Positions 58,101 to 64,000 of a DNA stretch of 64,000 nucleotides are shown piece after piece (positions within the stretch are counted from its first letter, which is position 1; every line of letters begins with the position of its first letter). The position numbers were made by a program, and so were the translations under genes. The stretch is from Eledone cirrhosa (taxonomy: Eukaryota), in NCBI GenBank assembly GCA_964016885.1, contig OZ024743.1, positions 210,366,001 to 210,430,000 on the forward strand. The letters are read 5' to 3'. Under the pieces are notes generated by a model. The model was given only the letters and a program-made list of their open reading frames with translations. It had not been told where the DNA came from and made no database searches.

Positions 58101-61100
58101 CCATAAGATATACCACAGTTTACCATCCTACAGCCACATGAAAGTTCGTTACTCCATAAGATATACCAGTTTACCATCCTATAGCCACAGATGAAAGCTC
58201 TTCACTCCATAAGATATACCACAGTTCACCATCCTATAGCCAGATGAAAGCTCTTCACTCCATAAGATATAGCACAGTTTACCATCCTATAGCCACAGAT
58301 GAAAGCTCTTCACTTCATAAGATATACCACAGTTTACCAACCTATACCCAGATGAAAGCTCTTCACTTCATCAGATATACCACAGTTTACCATCCTATGG
58401 CCACACATGAATGCTCTGCATCCCATAAGATATACCACAGTTTACCATCCTATGGCCACACATGAAAGCTCTTCACTCCATAAGATATACCACAGTTTAC
58501 CAACCTATGGCCACACATGAAAGCTCTTCACCACATAAGATATACCACAGTTTACCATCCTGTAGCAAGATGAAAGCTCTTCACTTCATAAGATATACCA
58601 CAGTTTACCATCCTATAGCCAGATGAAAGCTCTTCACTCAATAAGATATACCAGTTTACCATCCTATAGCCACAGATGAAAGCTCTTCACTCCATATTAT
58701 ATACCACAGTTCACCATCCTATAGCCAGATGAAAGCTCTTCACTCCATAAGATATACCACAGTTTACCATCCTATAGCCACAGATGAAAGCTCTTCACTC
58801 CATAAGATATACCACAGTTTACCATCCTATAGCCACACATGAAAGCTCTTCACTCCATAAGATATACCACAGTTTACCATCCTATAGCCACACATGAGAG
58901 CTCTTCACTCCATAAGATATACCACAGTTTACCATCCTATAGCCACACATGAAAGCTCTTCACCCCATAAGATATACCACTGTTTACCATCCAATGGCTA
59001 CCCTTGAAAGCTCTTCACTCCATAAGATATACCACAGTTTACCATCCTATAGCCACAGATGAACGCTCTTCACTCCATAAGATGTACTACAGTTTACCAT
59101 CCTATAGTCACAGATGAAAGCTGTTCACTCCATAAGATATACCACAGTTTACCATCCTATACCCAGATGAAAGCTCTTCACTCCATCACATATACCACAG
59201 TTTACCATTCTATAGCCACACATGAAAGCTCTTCACTCCATAAGATATACCACAGTTTACCATCCTATACACAGATGAAAGCTCTTCACTCCATCAGATA
59301 TACCACAGTTTACCATCCTATGGCCACACATGAAAGCTATTCACCCCATAAGATATAAAACAGTTTAACATCCTATAGCCAGATGAAAGCTTTTCACTCC
59401 ATAAAATATACCACAGTTTACCATCCTATAGCCACACATGAAAGCTCTTTAACCCATAAGATATACCACAGTTTACCATCCTATAGCCAGAAGAAAGCTC
59501 TTCACTCCATAAGATATACCACAGTTTACCATCCTATAGCCACAGATGAAAGCTCTTCACTCCTTAAGATATACCACAGTTTACCATCCTATAGCCACAC
59601 ATGAAAGCTCTTCACTCCATAAGATATACCACAGTTTACCATCCTATAGCCACACATGAAAGCTCTTCACTCCATAAGATATACCTCAGTTTACCAACCT
59701 ATAGCCACTGATGAAACTCTTCACTCCATAAGATATACCACAGTTTAAAATCCTGTAGCCAGATGAAAGCTCTTCACTCCAGAAAGTATACCACAGTTTA
59801 CCATCCTATAGCGACAGATGAAAGCTCTTCACTCCATAAGATATACCACAGTTTACCATCCTATAGCCACACATGAAAGTTCTTCACTCCATAAGATATA
59901 CCACAGTTTACCATCCTATGGCCACACATGAAAGCTCTTCACCCCATACGATATACCACAGTTTACCATCCTATGGCTACACATGAAAGCTCTTCACTCC
60001 ATAAGATATACCACAGTTTACCAACCTATGGCCACACATGAAATCTCTTCACCACATAAGATATACCACAGTTTACCATCCTGTAGCCAGATGAAAGCTC
60101 TTCACTCCATAAGATATACCACAGTTTACCATCATATAGCCACAGATGAAACTCTTCACTCCATAAGTTGTACCACAGTTTACCATCCTATAGCCACAGA
60201 TGAAAGCTCTTCACTCCATTAGATATACCACAGTTTACCATCCTATAGCCACACATGAAAGCTCTTCACTCCATAAGATATACCACAATTTACCACCCTA
60301 TAGCCACAGATGAAAGCTCTTCACTCCATAAGATATACCACAGTTTACCATCCTATAGCCACAGATGAAAGCTCTTCACTCCATAAGATATACCACAGTT
60401 TACCATCCTATAGCCACACATGAAAGCTCTTCACTCCATAAGATATACCACAGTTTACCATCCTATAGCCACACATGAGAGCTCTTCACTCCATAAGATA
60501 TACCACAGTTTACCATCCTATAGCCACACATGAAAGCTCTTCACCCCATAAGATATACCACTGTTTACCATCCAATGGCTACCCTTGAAAGCTCTTCACT
60601 CCATAAGATATACCACAGTTTACCATCCTATAGCCACAGATGAACGCTCTTCACTCCATAAGATGTACTACAGTTTACCATCCTATAGTCACAGATGAAA
60701 GCTGTTCACTCCATAAGATATACCACAGTTTACCATCCTATACCCAGATGAAAGCTCTTCACTCCATCACATATACCACAGTTTACCATTCTATAGCCAC
60801 ACATGAAAGCTCTTCACTCCATAAGATATACCACAGTTTACCATCCTATACACAGATGAAAGCTCTTCACTCCATCAGATATACCACAGTTTACCATCCT
60901 ATGGCCACACATGAAAGCTATTCACCCCATAAGATATAAAACAGTTTAACATCCTATAGCCAGATGAAAGCTTTTCACTCCATAAAATATACCACAGTTT
61001 ACCATCCTATAGCCACACATGAAAGCTCTTTAACCCATAAGATATACCACAGTTTACCATCCTATAGCCAGAAGAAAGCTCTTCACTCCATAAGATATAC

Positions 61101-64000
61101 CACAGTTTACCATCCTATAGCCACAGATGAAAGCTCTTCACTCCTTAAGATATACCACAGTTTACCATCCTATAGCCACACATGAAAGCTCTTCACTCCA
61201 TAAGATATACCACAGTTTACCATCCTATAGCCACACATGAAAGCTCTTCACTCCATAAGATATACCTCAGTTTACCAACCTATAGCCACTGATGAAACTC
61301 TTCACTCCATAAGATATACCACAGTTTAAAATCCTGTAGCCAGATGAAAGCTCTTCACTCCAGAAAGTATACCACAGTTTACCATCCTATAGCGACAGAT
61401 GAAAGCTCTTCACTCCATAAGATATACCACAGTTTACCATCCTATAGCCACACATGAAAGCTCTTCACTCCATAAGATATACCACAGTTTACCATCCTAT
61501 GGCCACACATGAAAGCTCTTCACCCCATACGATATACCACAGTTTACCATCCTATGGCTACACATGAAAGCTCTTCACTCCATAAGATATACCACAGTTT
61601 ACCAACCTATGGCCACACATGAAATCTCTTCACCACATAAGATATACCACAGTTTACCATCCTGTAGCCAGATGAAAGCTCTTCACTCCATAAGATATAC
61701 CACAGTTTACCATCATATAGCCACAGATGAAACTCTTCACTCCATAAGTTGTACCACAGTTTACCATCCTATAGCCACAGATGAAAGCTCTTCACTCCAT
61801 TAGATATACCACAGTTTACCATCCTATAGCCACACATGAAAGCTCTTCACTCCATAAGATATACCACAATTTACCACCCTATAGCCACAGATGAAAGCTC
61901 TTCACTCCATAAGATATACTACAGTTTAACATCCTGTAGCCACACATGAAAGCTCTTCACTCCATAAGATATACCATAGTTTATAATTCTATAGCCACAC
62001 ATGAAAGCTCTTCACTCCATAAGATATACCACAGTTTACCATCCTATAGCCACTGATGAAAGTTCTTCACCCCATAAGATATACCACAGTTTACCATCCT
62101 ATAGCCAGATGAAAGCACTTAACCCCATAAGATATACCACAGTTTACCATCCTATAGTCACACATGAAAGCTCTTCACCCCATAAGATATACCACAGTTT
62201 ACCATCCTATAGCCACATATGAAAGCTCTTCACTCTATAAGATATACCACAGTTTACCATCCTATAGCGAGATGAAAGTTCTTCAACCCATAAGATATAC
62301 CACAGTTTACCATCCTGTAGCAAGATGAAAGCTCTTCACTCCATAAGATATACCACAGTTTACCATCCTATAGCCACACATGAAAGATCATCACTCCATA
62401 AGATATACCACAGTTTACCATCCTATAGCCACACATGAAAGATCTTCACTCCATAAGATATACCACAGTCTACCATACTATAGCCACAGATGAAAGCTCT
62501 TCACTCAATAAGATATACCACAGTTTACAATCCTGTAGCCAGATGAAAGCTCTTCACTCCATAAGATATACCACAGTTTACCATCCTATAGCCACACATG
62601 AAAGCTCTTCACTCCATAAGATATACCTCAGTTTACCAACCTATAGCCACAGATGAAACTCTTCACTCCATAAGATATACCACAGTTTACAATCCTGTAG
62701 CCAGATGAAAGCTCTTCACTCCATAAGATATACCACAGTTTACCATCCTATAGCGACAGATGAAAGCTCTTCACTCCATAAGATATACCACAGTTTACCA
62801 TCCTATAGCCAGATGAAAGCTCTTCACTCCATAATATATACCACAGTTCACCATCCTATAGCCAGATGAAAGCTCTTCACTCCATAAGATATACCACAGT
62901 TTACCATCCTATAGCCACAGATGAAAGCTCTTCACTCCTTAAGATATACCACAGTTTACCATCCTATAGCCACACATGAAAGCTCTTCACTCCATAAGAT
63001 ATACCACCTTTTACCATCCTGTAGCCACAGATGAAAGCTCTTCACTCCATAAGATATACCACAGTTTACCATCCTATATCCAGATGAAAGCTCTTCACCC
63101 CATAAGATATACCACAGTTTACCATCCTATATCCAGATGAAAGCTCTTCACTCCATAAGATATACCACATTTTACCATCATATAGCCACAGATGAAAGCT
63201 CTTCACTCCATAAGATATACCACAGTTTACCATCCTATGGCCACAGATGAAAGCTCTTCACTCCATAAGATATACCACAGTTTACCATCCTATAGCCACA
63301 GATGAAAACTCTTCACTCCATAAGTTATACCATAGTTTACCATCCTATAGCCGGATGAAAGCTCTTCACTCCATAAGATATACCACAGTCTGCCATCCAA
63401 TAGTCACACATGAAATCTCTTCACTCCATAAGATATACCACAGTTCACCATCCTATAGCCACAGACGAAAGCTCTTCACCCCATAAGACATACAACAGTT
63501 TACCATCCTATAGCCACAGATGAAATCTCTTCATTCCATAAGATATACCACAGTTCACCATCCTATAGCCACAGATGAAAGCTCTTCACTCAATAAGATA
63601 TACCACAGTTTAGCATCCTATAGCCACACATGAAAGCTCTTCACTCCATAAGATATACCACAGTTTACCATCATATAGCCACAGATGAAAGCTTTTCACT
63701 CCATAATATATACCACAGTTTACCATCCTATAGCCACAGATGAAAGCTCTTCACTCCATAAGATATAGCACAGTTTACTATCCTATGGCCACAAATGAAA
63801 GCTCTTCACTCCATAAGATATACCACAGTTTACTATCCTATAGCCACACATGAAAGCTCTTCACTCCATAAGAATTACCACAGTTTACCATTCTATGTCC
63901 ACACATGAAAGCTCTTCACCCCATAAGATATACCACAGTTTACCATCCTATAGCTACAGATGAACGCTCTTCACTCCATAAGATATACCACAGTTTACCA
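46200..64000. repeat. Domain C, a more diverged sub-array with its own variant set
   Basis: The markers TGTAGCAAGATG, CTTTAACCCATAAG, TTTAAAATCCTGTAG, CTCCAGAAG, TTTACTAACC, CCATCACATAT, GCTATTCACC and TAGCGACAG were seen only here. The domain A and B markers disappear. Confidence 0.85.
58727..61919. repeat. Near-perfect tandem duplication, 1581-bp unit (29 monomers)
   Basis: Identical ORF translations occur at offset 1581 (59059/60640, 59383/60964, 59983/61564). Private variants are duplicated: TATAAAACAG, CCAGAAGAAAG, CAGAAAGTAT and AAGTTGTACC. One difference was seen, 59880 T versus 61461 C. Confidence 0.95.

Larger units (their letters stand above)
1..64000. repeat. Tandem satellite array, ~55-bp monomer (53-bp variant common), about 1,170 copies, one orientation, open at both window ends
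   Basis: The motif ATGAAAGCTCTTCACTCCATAAGATATACCACAGTTTACCATCCTATAGCC(ACAC/ACAG/AG) recurs continuously from base 6 to the window end, usually with 0-4 substitutions per monomer. No intervening unique DNA or reverse-complement monomer was seen. Confidence 0.99.

Noticed and set aside
59-63486. More than 100 + strand ORFs of the type MKALHSIRYTTVYHPIAT...
   Set aside because: Each monomer supplies ATG overlapping TGA. A 55-mer shifts the frame and a 53-mer restores it, so lengths cluster at 73, 109 and 181 aa (73+36n). The monomer is not a multiple of 3, frameshifting indels are common, and there is no unique N- or C-terminal domain.
1-64000. CRISPR array or other repeat-spacer system
   Set aside because: The whole 55 bp is repeated. 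There are no unique spacers, no leader and no cas genes.
1-64000. Monomer-end states (CACAC / CACAG / CAG) and SNP patterns as an information-bearing code or diversity-generating cassette system
   Set aside because: The patterns recur as inherited blocks explained by duplication. I see no recombinase, reverse transcriptase, expression site or template/variable pair, and no adenine-specific mutation pattern.
1-64000. Telomeric repeat or G-quadruplex array, suggested by the C-rich/G-rich strand bias
   Set aside because: There is no canonical telomere unit. The minus strand has mostly isolated GG pairs, with GGGG only in CACCCC variants at least 53 bp apart.
1-64000. Embedded transposon, inversion, tRNA/5S unit or unique island
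   Set aside because: None was seen when reading through the window. The largest departures from the monomer were a 5-bp duplication, an 8-bp duplication and a 7-bp deletion.

Overview
The whole 64 kb window is one uninterrupted, head-to-tail, single-orientation tandem array of a ~55-bp monomer. The consensus read by eye is ATGAAAGCTCTTCACTCCATAAGATATACCACAGTTTACCATCCTATAGCCACA(C/G), with a frequent 53-bp form ending ...TATAGCCAG. That gives roughly 1,170 copies (64,000 / ~54.5). The consensus is 40% GC and strongly C-rich/G-poor on the + strand. I found no unique sequence, gene, RNA gene, transposon end or CRISPR spacer, and both array ends lie outside the window. All ORFs in the track are explained by repeat arithmetic: a 55+53 pair is 108 bp, or 36 codons. 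What can be read is the array's history. Shared variant monomers show kb-scale duplications of different lengths (826, ~1142, 1581, ~1.7-1.8 kb, 3492 bp and longer-range copies), three successive variant domains (A ~1-21.5 kb, B ~16.9-46.2 kb, C ~46.2-64 kb), an internal 10-11 bp sub-repeat, and a local 108-bp dimer. The structure looks like eukaryotic satellite or large minisatellite DNA, but I cannot assign a species or named family. I see no evidence for a new gene-based system here. Offsets come from ORF-track coordinates and hand comparison of marker variants, so boundaries are approximate to about one monomer.
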